The notes beneath the pieces are model-generated. The model was not told where the DNA came from, ran no database searches, and was given only the letters and a program-made list of their open reading frames with translations. Made by a program: the position numbers and the translations under genes. A DNA stretch of 63,847 bases, filler included, from Candidatus Woesearchaeota archaeon (lineage in GTDB: Archaea > Nanobdellota > Nanobdellia > Woesearchaeales > GCA-2687795): assembly GCA_030753365.1 (NCBI GenBank). It is 9 parts of 9 records of this genome, joined end to end, with 100 filler letters (N's around TTAATTAATTAA, not from the genome) between each part and the next. Parts side by side here need not be neighbours in the genome. Positions count along the whole stretch, not along the records: positions 41,400 to 45,059 come from JASMCJ010000042.1; positions 45,160 to 51,910 come from JASMCJ010000043.1; positions 52,011 to 55,198 come from JASMCJ010000045.1; 6 more parts are not named here. One strand, 5' to 3'. This document shows positions 41,401 to 52,142 of the stretch, piece after piece. Position 1 is the first letter of the stretch, and every line of letters starts with the position of its first letter.

Positions 41401-42513
41401 GCGTCTTATTCTTTCCAGTCAGACAGCTCAAATTATGACCTGTCTACTGGGGTTGTCTCAAGTGGCGGTGATAAAATAGATAGTGACAACTATAATAATT
41501 ATGTTACTACAGGGACTACGAGTGGTGTTGTAGAGTCATCAATATATAAGAACTGGCTGGGTTTTTTTTACACATGGCTTTTAGGGGATGGCCAGCCATG
41601 CGCATCAGCCAGCCAATGTCAAGGCGGTTTTTGCTGCGATGATATTTGCAGCAGCAATGAATGTCCGGTTGCTGTAGCAGCTGCAAGTGATGGAGGCGGA
41701 GTAGGTGCTGCAGCTGGTGGCGGTGGGGGATTTTTCACTCAAAAAGGATTTAGTTTAAACCCTGGCAGCGTAAAGATTAAGCTTGCTTTGGGAGAAAGCG
41801 CTGAAGAGATATTGACGATAAAAAATACAGGGACCAGTGCAATAACTATTCCCCTGGCAGTTGAAGGTGTCAGACCATACTTATCTTTATCTGAAGAAGT
41901 TATTATATTAGAAGCCGGAGAGGATACAGAAGTGTCATTGAATTTTATAGGCCGGAACATAGGGGGCTTTGCAGGGCAGATTCTAGCTGTAGTGGATGAG
42001 ATTAAAGAATCAATTCCGGTAATACTAGAGATTACAACTGAGAAAGTATTATTTGATGTTAAACTGGATATCCCGGCTGCTTATTCTGAAATAGAGCCAG
42101 GGGATGAGCTAAAAACCCAGATAACATTGCTTAATGTAGGGGCTCCGGAAAAGGTGGATGTCTTTGCCACATACTTCATTAAAGACTTAAGGGGAAATAT
42201 TGTCTATGAAGAAACAGAAACCTTTGCTGTTGAAAAACAAATATCTTATCCAAAAATATTCAGGATTCATGAGACTACTGAACCAGGAAGCTATGTTGCA
42301 ATAATAGAGGTAAGATATACAGATAGTTTTGCTGTTTCGAGCCAGTTTTTCAGGGTTGTGGAAGAAAAATCATTTGTTGATGTGGATATGGTGATAAAGA
42401 ACACTACTCTGATGATATTTTTGACATTTATTTTGCTTACAGTTATATCTGTGCTGGTTTACAAGCTGGTTTCTATTACCAGGAAGGGCAAGAAGAAGAA
42501 AAAGGAGAAATAG
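41401..42513 (+). CDS. Surface protein with Cys motif, Gly linker, Ig-like domains and C-terminal TM anchor; 5'-truncated
   Basis: Frame open from 41401 to the TTG at 41788; GQPCASASQCQGGFCCDDIC; TM plus basic tail. Confidence 0.75.
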   Translation, partial: ASYSFQSDSSNYDLSTGVVSSGGDKIDSDNYNNYVTTGTTSGVVESSIYKNWLGFFYTWLLGDGQPCASASQCQGGFCCDDICSSNECPVAVAAASDGGGVGAAAGGGGGFFTQKGFSLNPGSVKIKLALGESAEEILTIKNTGTSAITIPLAVEGVRPYLSLSEEVIILEAGEDTEVSLNFIGRNIGGFAGQILAVVDEIKESIPVILEITTEKVLFDVKLDIPAAYSEIEPGDELKTQITLLNVGAPEKVDVFATYFIKDLRGNIVYEETETFAVEKQISYPKIFRIHETTEPGSYVAIIEVRYTDSFAVSSQFFRVVEEKSFVDVDMVIKNTTLMIFLTFILLTVISVLVYKLVSITRKGKKKKKEK

Positions 42514-42570
42514 CTAAAGTAGCTTATTCTACGAAAGGTTTTTATATAAAGAAATTGCATAGTGTAATTA

Positions 42571-42600
42571 AGTTACAGTAAGTTACAGTAAGTTACAGTA
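42571..42600 (+). repeat. Three perfect 10-bp tandem repeats downstream of a TATA-like box
   Basis: (agttacagta)x3; tttatataaa at 42541-50. Confidence 0.9.
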
Positions 42601-42801
42601 TGCTTATTTATAACGTTTTTTTTGGCAACAGCCGTGTTTGAAACACGGAATTCAGGGGAAAAGAGGTATTTGTAAAAAAAGGTGTAGGGGAAATCAATGA
42701 TTTCCTTCAGTTAAAAAAAGAGGTGATTTGGATAAGTCTATTTTCAATCTTATTAGGAGTTAGTTCTAAATTTAGTCTTGAAATAGGTTACACTACAAAA
42801 G

Positions 42802-45059
42802 TTGGTGATGTTATTGACTTATAAAAGATATGTTCATAAAAAAGGAAAAAAGCACGGTCCTTATTACTACAAGAATGTCCGGGATGAAAGTGGCAAGGTA
42901 AAGAGTGTCTATCTTGGCAAGGCTGCTACCAGGGGCAAAAAGCCATTGGAAGTAATGATAGTTTTCTTGGTTGCGCTGATTATAATAATCTCTGCATTGT
43001 TCTTTATTCAAAACAGGAATCTTGTCTTAAGCAAAGTGGCTTCTGAAGAATCACAAATACCGTTTGAAGTTGACCAGATTCTGATAAAAGTTTTAGTCAA
43101 GGCTGATGAATATATTGAAAAACAACTGAGGGTTATGAATGTTGATGACACAGACAAGACTATAGCAGTTGATGTCTCCGGCCTTTTTGATGTTGTTGAT
43201 GTGCTTGACAAGGAGTTTACTATAAAGCCCGGCCAGACAAAAATTGTAAGGCTTAATTTCTCCAGCTTCGATGAAGAGTTGGGACTTGAGCAGGCTCCGG
43301 GAGTGTACATAGGAAAGGTTTCAGTAAAAACAGATTCTTATCAAAAGCAAGTTCCTGTAGTGATTGAGATTGAAAGCAAAAATGTGCTATTTGATATGAA
43401 TCTAAACCCTGTTGCCAGGGACAGAAAAGTGCTTCAGGGAAGCGGCACAACATTCGAGATAAGGGTGTTTAATTTACAAAGCATAGATTCCTTTAATATT
43501 GACCTGGAATTTTTTGTTAAAGATATAAATGGCAATACAATCATAAGCGAGAGTGAAAGTGTGGTTGTTCAAACCCAGGCTTCTTTTTTCAAAACACTGA
43601 AAATACCTGAAAAGCTGAAAACAGGGAATTATGTTTTTGTTGCACAAGCATCTTTCGGGGATTCAATCGGGACTGCAAGCTACATGTTTTATGTTGGGGA
43701 AGCTATTAAAGAAAAAACAGCTGCAGACTTTATAGGGTTCTGCAGAAATGACCCATTATGCTGGACATTGTCTATTGTTATCCTATTGCTTATATTTACA
43801 ATTGGCGCATATACATACTTCTTCATAGGAGTTCTTATCTACAGAAAATTGTTTGGAGTAAGAGCACCAAAAACCAAGGAAGAAAGCATGGCAGAACCAG
43901 TTGCCCAGGAAAAAGGGGAAAATCCTATAATCAGCTCTTTCAGGAATCTTGGCAAGGCAATAGAAAAAGACAGAGAAACAAGGATTAAGAAGAAACTGGA
44001 ACTTAAGAAACAGAAGTTAATGTTAAGAGAAATGGAAGAAAGGCTAAAGAAAGAGAGACAGGCAGAGAAACTGGAAAGAGCGGGATTAGTTGGAAAATGC
44101 AGGAGTCTTATTGACAAGGGCTACAAGGCTTTAGATAAAAACAACCGGAAGAAAGCTGACAATATATATCTAAAACTAATGGATAAATATATAAATTTGC
44201 CGAGTGAGAGGAAGGCAGAGATTTTCAAGGAAATCAATTCTTTTTACAAAAGTTTAGTGCTAAAGAAGCGGCAATTTAAGCAGGCAGAAGATAAAAAGGA
44301 GGAAGCAGAGCTTAAGAAAGAGAAAGAATTTGAGAGGAAGAAAGAGGGAGAGAGGAAATTAAGGGAAGAAATAGAGAAATTGAAGAAAGTGGAGAAGAAA
44401 AAGGAAGAGAAAAAGAAGAGAGCGTTTGAGTTCTTTCATGGTTTAGGTTTAGTAAAAAGTGAAAAAGAGCAAAGAGAAATTGAAAAGGGTAAGGATGAAG
44501 AAAGGAAGCAGAAGGAGCTTAAAAGGAAGAATAGGGAAGAAAATGCTAGGAAGTCAGAGGAAGAAAGGAAGAGGAAGAAATTAGAAGATGACCGGCAGAG
44601 AGAGGTTGAGAGAAAGAGGAGGGAAGATGAAGGAAGGAAGAGAAATCTGGAAGAAGAGAAGCTAAGAGAGAGAAAACTTAGATTGAAAGAGCAGGAAGCT
44701 GAGGAGAAGAGACAAGAAAAAGAAAAGGGGCAAAGGGAAAGAAAAAGAAGAATATTTAATTTCTTCCATGGCTTGGGCTTGGTTAAGACAGAAGAGGAAG
44801 AGGAAGAAAAGCGGAGAGAAAAAAGGCGGAGAGAACTTAAGAGGCGAAGAAGGGAAGAGCAGAAGAGGAAGCAGAAGGAATTAGAGGAGAAGCAGAGAGA
44901 GGCTGAAAGGAAGAGGAAGAAATTAGAAGATGACCGGCAGAGAGAGGTTGAGAGAAAGAGGAGGGAAGATGAAGGAAGGAAGAGAAATCTGGAAGAAGAG
45001 AAGCAGAGAGAGGCTGAAAGGACGAATAGGGAAGAAAATGCTAGGAAGTCAGAGGAAGA
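42802..45059 (+). CDS. Two-TM membrane protein with Ig-like ectodomain and long E/K/R-rich cytoplasmic tail; 3'-truncated, start uncertain
   Basis: Basic GPYYY...SVYLGK N-terminus; two TMs; exact 100-bp internal repeat 44563-44662/44905-45004. Confidence 0.75.
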
Positions 45060-45159
45060 NNNNNNNNNNNNNNNNNNNNNNNNNNNNNNNNNNNNNNNNN
45101 NNNTTAATTAATTAANNNNNNNNNNNNNNNNNNNNNNNNNNNNNNNNNNNNNNNNNNNN

Positions 45160-45722
45160 ATAAGTTCTTGCATAGATTAGGATTATATAATACTGAAGAA
45201 GATAAGAAGGAAGAGAAAAGGAGAAAATTAAAGGAAAAAGAACTGAAGAAAAAGAGAAGATTAGAAGAAAAGAAAAAGAAGATAATTACTAAGAATGAAA
45301 GAACAAGAAGATTGCATAAGTTCTTGCATAGATTAGGATTATATAATACTGAAGAAGATAAGAAGGAAGAGAAAAGGAGAAAATTAAAGGAAAAAGAACT
45401 GAAGAAAAAGAGAAGATTAGAAGAAAAGAAAAAGAAAGGAAAAAAGCAGTTAGAATTCAAAGAAACGCTAAGAAAGAAGATATTCAAGTTTAAATCATTG
45501 ATTAAGAAGACTAAAAGATATATGAAAGAAAAAAGAACTGACAAGGTTGCAAGCTGTTATTCTAAACTAAAACCACTTTATAATCAATTGATTGCTATGC
45601 CTCTAGAGACTGAAGAAAAGGAGGAGCTATATTATAGATTTAATGATATTTACCTATGGGTATGTAAAGAGACATATAAGAAGGAACAAGCTGAGTTAGA
45701 GAATGAAAGACATGAAATATAA
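45160..45722 (+). CDS. C-terminal fragment of an E/K/R-rich repeat protein
   Basis: Exact 121-bp repeat at 45160-45280 and 45316-45436 (KFLHRLGLYNTEEDKKEE...). Confidence 0.7.
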
Positions 45723-47763
45723 AAGAGGGAACTATGTAGTCTTCCTAATAGGCTTGGCCATAGTTATTATAAGCTTTTTTTTAATGAGGCCTGTTTTTAC
45801 TGGTTATATAACTATAACTGAGATATATAATTATACAGAGAATATGGGGTTAACAATAAGCAAGAGCGATGAGTATTTATGGATTTTACAGAATAAAGGC
45901 AACCTGAAGAAGATTAGTATTAATGCAAGGTTTTCAGGTGATGGTTATGCTAAGGCTTATTTAAGGTATAATGATACAGATTACCTTATTCTTGATTCTT
46001 CGCAAGAAGAGGAAGGGTTGGTAGGTGTTACAGGGTTTGCTGTTTTGAACGAAACGAATGAAATTGTAAAGAATCAGACATTGGTGAATGAGACATTAGA
46101 AGAGCAGGTTGAGAATGAAACATCAACCAATGAAACGTTGGTTAATACATCAATAGAAAACATATCAGAAACTAATGTTTCTGAACAGATTACAGTGAAT
46201 AAATCTATAACTAATCAGTCAGTTACTAATTTATCTAAAACTATAAGATTAAGATTAGATTATTATAATGATAGCAGCTATGATACTGATAATGATGGTA
46301 TTGAAGATATTGACGGAGTTGTTGATTTGAGTGTTGATGCAGAATTTAATTTTAATGCAACTAATGATCACTTGTGCACAAGATGGAGCATTAATAACAA
46401 TAATATCTGTTATGGGAATAGTGATTGCTGCGCCTTTATTGATTTAGAGAGCAGTTCTGATAACTGGGATGATATCTTTTATAGCTATTTTGATAAAGAT
46501 GGCGCTGGTTATGATAATATTGTTAGTGCTCAAGTTGTATATTTTTCCTATAATTTAACAGAATTGGAAGCAGAAGTAATTTATAGCAATATTTCCAGCA
46601 GGAACGTTATATTTTCTACTCCCTACAAAGAATTTAGAGATATCTGCTTAGAGACCTGCTCACTGCCAGGGTTTAATGCTTCGAGTTATGTTTTAGTGTT
46701 TGAGGTTAATAACAGCATTATTGAGATAGAAAGCATAGCTTACAGTATTGAGAAAGAAAAAGTTGTGAATAATGCTCCTAAATTGATTAAGAATATTTCT
46801 GATGTTAGTATTGTTGATAATTATACTATTAATTTAAGCGAGTATTTCTTTGATGAGGATGTTTTAGAGTTCTCTTATTATGAGACTGATGGGATTTCTG
46901 TAAGTATTGAAGGCAATATTGCAGTTATTTCCGGAGATGTTGGTGTTAGGAGCATGTTCTTTATTGCTAATGATTCTTCTTTAGTTACTGTATCTAATGT
47001 GTTTAGGGTTAATGTTACTGAAGAAGATTTTGAAGAAACCCTTGTTCAGGGAAAGGCTGAGATTAATAAGCCTGTGAAATGGGTGAAGAAGATAAAACTA
47101 AAGCAGTCAGTAGGAAGTATCCAGGTTAATATAATAGAACATGCTTTTAATATTTCTGTTAATAATGTAAGTTACCCAAACAGAACCTTGATTATTAATC
47201 ATTCTTCAGATATAGAGTATTATACGCCTGCTCCTATACTTATTGAAGGAATGAATGGAGAAATTCTCATTGAGGGTAAGGTTAATTATACCAATGTTCT
47301 GGCTTATGCAGATGCTAAAGATAACCTATACTGGCTTTCTAATGAAAGGGATCTTATATATCTGCTTGATAATAACATAAGATATGGAGACAGTGTACTG
47401 GTTATAAATAAGACTGGGCTTGAGGATTCTATCTCTTTAAAACATCCTGAATTTTCTGAAGTAGAGTATGAAGGCATTATTGATTATAATGCAACAAAAG
47501 ATTTTGCTGTGCTGAATGTAACAATCAATAATGAAAGCTTTAAGTTGATTTTCAGGCTGAATAACAGAAATAATCTATTTAGCAAGGAATCCAATGCAGG
47601 GCTTAGTACAGTTGAAGAGATTGAAGATTATTTCAGGAGCAATGAGGAGCTTAAGATAGGGTTGGATTTGCCTGAAATTAGCAGTTTGTTGAATTTAACG
47701 TTTTCTAAAGGGAGTGTTTATTGGACTGTGCCTTATTTGCCGTCAAAGTTTGTTATTGAGTGA
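45703..47763 (+). CDS. Surface glycoprotein with N-terminal anchor
   Basis: N-terminal TM; very many N-x-S/T sequons; DTDNDG motif; NNAP Ig/cadherin-like start. Confidence 0.75.
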   Translation: MKDMKYKRGNYVVFLIGLAIVIISFFLMRPVFTGYITITEIYNYTENMGLTISKSDEYLWILQNKGNLKKISINARFSGDGYAKAYLRYNDTDYLILDSSQEEEGLVGVTGFAVLNETNEIVKNQTLVNETLEEQVENETSTNETLVNTSIENISETNVSEQITVNKSITNQSVTNLSKTIRLRLDYYNDSSYDTDNDGIEDIDGVVDLSVDAEFNFNATNDHLCTRWSINNNNICYGNSDCCAFIDLESSSDNWDDIFYSYFDKDGAGYDNIVSAQVVYFSYNLTELEAEVIYSNISSRNVIFSTPYKEFRDICLETCSLPGFNASSYVLVFEVNNSIIEIESIAYSIEKEKVVNNAPKLIKNISDVSIVDNYTINLSEYFFDEDVLEFSYYETDGISVSIEGNIAVISGDVGVRSMFFIANDSSLVTVSNVFRVNVTEEDFEETLVQGKAEINKPVKWVKKIKLKQSVGSIQVNIIEHAFNISVNNVSYPNRTLIINHSSDIEYYTPAPILIEGMNGEILIEGKVNYTNVLAYADAKDNLYWLSNERDLIYLLDNNIRYGDSVLVINKTGLEDSISLKHPEFSEVEYEGIIDYNATKDFAVLNVTINNESFKLIFRLNNRNNLFSKESNAGLSTVEEIEDYFRSNEELKIGLDLPEISSLLNLTFSKGSVYWTVPYLPSKFVIE

Positions 47764-47869
47764 AAATCAGTTGAAAGTGCCTTAACACGCATGCTCAAAA
47801 ACAGAGTTACTTAGAAAAACAAAATGCTTTTCTGGCATCCCTCTGGAATTTCAAACCGAAATATTTATA

Positions 47870-47912
47870 TATAAGTTTATATATATATAGATTTATAACT
47901 GATAAACTTATA
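47870..47912. promoter_or_regulatory. Candidate operator overlapping a TATA region
   Basis: Perfect 11-bp inverted repeat tataagtttat (47870-80)/ataaacttata (47902-12), 13 nt before the ATG at 47926. Confidence 0.55.
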
Positions 47913-47925
47913 AGGGGAAGATAAA

Positions 47926-48177
47926 ATGCAACAACAAGTATTACATTATCCGAGGTTAGATACTGTATTAATGGTAGAAAATGTTTTGAAAAAGGCTGAT
48001 TTAGCTATTTCAAAAAATGAGCTTCTGAGAAGACTTCCTAAACAAATAATGAGGCAGACATTAAATGTTATACTTGACTATCTTGAAGAAAAAGGGGTAA
48101 TTATGACTGGTGAAAAAGGAATTCTCTGGATTTATAATGAGAGCCCCAAAATGAAAAAATTATTAGAAAAAAGTTGA
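47926..48177 (+). CDS. Small winged-helix-like DNA-binding protein
   Basis: ISKNELLRRLPKQIMRQTLNVILDYLEEKGVI...ILWIYN pattern. Confidence 0.65.
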   Translation: MQQQVLHYPRLDTVLMVENVLKKADLAISKNELLRRLPKQIMRQTLNVILDYLEEKGVIMTGEKGILWIYNESPKMKKLLEKS

Positions 48178-48450
48178 GGTGGAGATGAATACCGTCTCCT
48201 TTCCAGTATTTCTATAGGAGGCAGAAGTAGTTAAACATTGAAGAAGTATTTCTATTCGTTCTAACTCGTTAGAGCAATCAAGAATAGGATTTTAAGGGAT
48301 AGTTTTTTGTAGGAAGAGTTCAATTCCTCGTTGTTTTTCATAGGAATATTTATTAAGTAATAGCCTTCATACAGCATTTGTATCTCCATTCAAAGCACCT
48401 AAGGTTTATAATAAGATTGTAACTTTTATTAAGAAATAATGAGAAATAAA

Positions 48451-49314
48451 ATGGAATCAGATAAAGCATTAGTTGTATTTCAAAGTAAGAAAATCCGAAG
48501 AACTTGGTTTAAAGATGAATGGCATTATTCTTTAGTTGATATTGTTAAAGCTTTAACAGAAAGTGTTAATCCTACTGATTATCTGAAAAAACTTAGAAAA
48601 AGAGATGCAGAACTTGGAAGTTACCTAGGGACAAATTGTCCCCATGTAGAAATGCTGACTGAAACAGGAAAAAAGAGAAGAGTTCTTGCAGGAAATACAA
48701 AAGATGTTTTTCGACTTATTCAATCAATTCCAAGCAAAAATGCTGAACCTTTCAAGAGGTGGCTTGCAAAAGTAGGAAAAGAACGAATTGACGAAATAGA
48801 AAACCCTGAACTTGCTCAAGCAAGAATGAAAGAAATTTACTCTGCAAAAGGATATCCCAAAGACTGGATTGATAAAAGGTTGAGAGGTATAGCAATAAGA
48901 CAAGATTTAACTGATGAATGGAAAGAAAGAGGTATTAAAGAACAAAAAGATTTTGCAATCCTTACAGCAGAAATCTCTAAAGCAACATTTGGAATGATTC
49001 CAACAGAATATAAAAAACACAAAAACTTACCAAAACAATCAAAAGCTAATCTAAGGGATCATATGAATGATTTAGAACTAATTTTTACTATGTTGGGCGA
49101 ACGTATGACTACAGAACTTTCACAAGAAGAAAAACCAGAAACTTTTAGCAAAAATAAAGAGGTTGCTAAAAGGGGTGGAAACGTAGCAGGAAATGCTAGA
49201 AAAGACGCTGAAAAAGAATTAGGTCGTCCAGTAACAACTAAACAAAATTATCTTTCTGAATCTGAAAAAAAGAAGGAACTGCAAAATAAGAGTAAAGAGC
49301 CAGCTAAGAAATGA
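48451..49314 (+). CDS. BRO-N domain / phage antirepressor-like protein
   Basis: F...KIR..W....W.YSLVDIV..LT, RLIQSIPS..AEPFK.WLA, NLRDHM..LELIF. Confidence 0.85.
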   Translation: MESDKALVVFQSKKIRRTWFKDEWHYSLVDIVKALTESVNPTDYLKKLRKRDAELGSYLGTNCPHVEMLTETGKKRRVLAGNTKDVFRLIQSIPSKNAEPFKRWLAKVGKERIDEIENPELAQARMKEIYSAKGYPKDWIDKRLRGIAIRQDLTDEWKERGIKEQKDFAILTAEISKATFGMIPTEYKKHKNLPKQSKANLRDHMNDLELIFTMLGERMTTELSQEEKPETFSKNKEVAKRGGNVAGNARKDAEKELGRPVTTKQNYLSESEKKKELQNKSKEPAKK

Positions 49315-49447
49315 ATCCCCTAATAACTTTATCAAAGAAGGAAGTAGCACAAGTACATCAGATTTTAATTGTCCTTTTAAGTGTTTAGGGCAACCATAAA
49401 TATCATATTCAAATACATCTTTTCCTTCTTGTGATAGTTCTGCGTGA

Positions 49448-49546
49448 GAAACCCCTGACTTTAGTCGGATTACTTTGAAATGCTATGCATTTCTAAGTTC
49501 CCAGAAATTCCTAAGGAATTTCTAAGGATATTTTGAGAGTAGGTCA
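49448..49546 (+). mobile_element. Possible IS200/IS605-type end remnant interrupted by two palindromes
   Basis: gaaacccctgactttagtcgg ... gagtaggtca flank gaaatgc-tat-gcatttc and agaaattcc-taa-ggaatttct. Confidence 0.45.
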
Positions 49547-49592
49547 TTTAACAGCCCAGGAAACAGAAAGATTTATATATATTAATACTAAT

Positions 49593-49632
49593 TTAATCCT
49601 TGATTAGTCCGTACTTAGTCCGAGTTTAATCC
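49593..49632 (+). promoter_or_regulatory. Four TTA(A/G)TCC direct repeats at 11-bp spacing (candidate operator)
   Basis: Heptamers start at 49593, 49604, 49615 and 49626; TATA-like tttatata at ~49572. Confidence 0.7.
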
Positions 49633-49652
49633 AAAAGGAGTGGTTTTTTAAG

Positions 49653-49796
49653 ATGCCGGAAATAAGATTTTCTATAACAAGCAAGCTGAATAAGATAGTC
49701 GTAGATATCTCTAATAGTATGGGCGTTGATAAGTCTGATTATATCAAGAGCCTTATCTTAACTGATATCAGAGAGAAGAACATAAAGAAAAAATGA
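49653..49796 (+). CDS. 47-aa ribbon-helix-helix-like regulator (not in ORF track)
   Basis: MPEIRFSITSKLNKIVVDISNSMGVDKSDYIKSLILTDIREKNIKKK; AGGAG upstream; ATGA overlap with the next gene. Confidence 0.7.
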   Translation: MPEIRFSITSKLNKIVVDISNSMGVDKSDYIKSLILTDIREKNIKKK

Positions 49797-51910
49797 TATT
49801 TAGAAGAATTATTGTTTGTTTAATGATATTAGCAGTCATACCTGCAATAGCTGAAGCTCTTCCTAGTAGCCTTAATATCCAGGGAAAGCTAACTAATCCA
49901 AGCGGGACAGCATTACAGGGAAATTATAACTTTAGCTTTACAATCTATGATGATTATACATCAGGCAATGAGCTGCTAAGGAAGAATGTAACACTAACCA
50001 CTGATTCAAATGGGGTTTATAATGTTCTATTGACTGGGATTAATACCACTTTTGAAGATGAATATTATTTGGGGATAACTGTTGGAACAGATAATGAGTC
50101 AACGCCAAGGATAAACATGTCTTCTGCTCCTTATAGCTTTAGGGCTAATATTTCAGATAGCTTAAGGGAGGGCAATATCTATAAGATTGCTGGATTGACT
50201 ATTAATACCTCTTTGGCATCAGGGAATTTTGCTGTTTATAATGATACAAGCTCAGTCTTTTTTGTTGATGGCAGTTCAGGCAAGGTAGGGATTGGCACAG
50301 AATCTCCAATTTCCAGGCTGCATGTTTTGGGTAATATTATCGTTTCTGCTGCGAATAATATTCTGAGCCTGGGGGCTGGGAATATAACAGGCAGTTTAGT
50401 GGATTCCCAGATAGCTAATGATATTACAATAGAAACATTAAATGATTTAACGGTTGGCGGAGGTTATGGTTCAACAGGTGTTACCCTTGACAGCGCAACA
50501 GGGGATGTTAAAGGAGACGGTGATTTTCTGATTGGCGGGGATGTTTATCTTAGCGGAGATCAGTATCTTGTGCAGGGCAAAGTAATAAACGGCAGTCATA
50601 TACCTTTCTTTGATAATATGTTTGATTTAGGCAATGCTTCCAATAGATGGCAGGATTTGTTTGCAATTAATGGAAATATGGTTAACCTTAATGTAACCAA
50701 CAATATAAGCCTAGGGGATAAGATTACATTTGCTTTTGGGGAGTTTATTGATAATGTTGTTGATGGCTGGGTTAAGGTTACTGGAAACCTTAATGTTAGT
50801 GAGAATATAAGGGCAAAGAATGCTACCTTTGAGAATCTGAATGTTACTGGGACTTCTTATCTTGGTAATCTGGAGATAAGCACTAGCCAGATTACGGTTG
50901 ATACTGTTAATGCTTTAACGAAGTATGTTAATATCCCATCACCTACTAATATTTCTGGTGGGTTGAATGTTAGCAATGGGTTGATTGTTAATTCTGGGAA
51001 TGTAGGTATTGGGACTGCGAGTCCTGACCATCCTTTTTCTGTAGCGGCTTCTCCAATTTTAATCGGGCAAGATGAAACAGCAGGTGTAAGTATTTATCTT
51101 GGACAAGAAGGGGCAGCAGATAAAGCTCTTGTTATCAATTATGATGTTCCAACAAATAAGGCAAGATTGAATATTTTTGGAGATTCTTCACCATTAGGTT
51201 TGAATATAATTGATGGAGGCAACGTAGGGATAGGGACAACTTCTCCAACCACTGCATTAGATGTTGTTGGAACTATTAATGCCACTGCTGTGAGAACTGG
51301 TATGTTGAATGTGACTGGGACTTCTTATCTTGGGAGTGTTACGCTTAATGCTGATAATATCACTGTTAATAACGTTGTTAGCAAGGATGGGAATATTAGC
51401 TTCTTTAATTCTTCAGGGAGTGAGAAGATGAGGATTGTTCAGAATGGGAATGTAGGCATAGGCACAACGAGTCCGACAGATGCTTTATTGGATGTTAGGG
51501 GGACTGTTTCAACAGCTGGAGATGCAAGATGGTTAGAAATATTATATGATGATACTGCACTGGCAGCTGGTGTGGGTGGAGGCATAACATTTGGTGGAAA
51601 ATATACTGATGCAGGTGCAATCACAAATTTTGCTTCAGTTTGGAGTGAAAAGGAAGATGGAACTACTGGAAACTTTGGGAGTGAACTACATTTTGGAACA
51701 AGAACCCATGGTGCAGCTATAGCAGACAGAATGATTATAGATGCTTCAGGCAACGTCGGCATCGGGACAACGAGTCCAACGTTGGGTTTATTACAATTAG
51801 ATAAGGCTTCTGGAAATGATGTTGATTTAGCTTTAAATCAAGATGGTGTGTCTCATTGGAGATTGAGGAATGCTGCTACAACCGGAGATTTTGGAATTTA
51901 TAATGGACAA
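49793..51910 (+). CDS. Large secreted fibre/adhesin-like protein with GNVGIGT repeats; 3'-truncated
   Basis: Signal peptide; QGKLT..SG N-domain ending APYS; five G(N/K)VGIGT..P units; many sequons. Confidence 0.8.
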
Positions 51911-52010
51911 NNNNNNNNNNNNNNNNNNNNNNNNNNNNNNNNNNNNNNNNNNNNTTAATTAATTAANNNNNNNNNNNNNNNNNNNNNNNNNNNNNNNNNN
52001 NNNNNNNNNN

Positions 52011-52071
52011 CAATATGCCTTGGTAAACCATCCTTTTTTCTCTTAAGAAGCTGCATGATTTTATTTAACAT
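52011..52071 (-). CDS. N-terminal fragment, possibly a cis-prenyltransferase (UppS-like)
   Basis: MLNKIMQLLKRKKDGLPRHI; only the P.HI start of the motif is visible. Confidence 0.3.
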
Positions 52072-52142
52072 TTTACTGGATTTTACTATATTATAGTAAG
52101 TATGTAGTAATATTTATAAAATTTTATCTTTTAAAGAGTATA

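Noticed and set aside
42571..42600. CRISPR array here or at 44563-45436
   Set aside because: No spacers; units are 10 bp or long coding repeats; no cas genes
48250..48335. tRNA-like gagttcaattcctc segment
   Set aside because: No acceptor stem, D arm or anticodon arm can be built around it
48439..51910. Provirus suggested by the BRO-N gene and fibre-like protein
   Set aside because: No capsid, terminase, portal or integrase; the fibre protein has a cellular signal peptide
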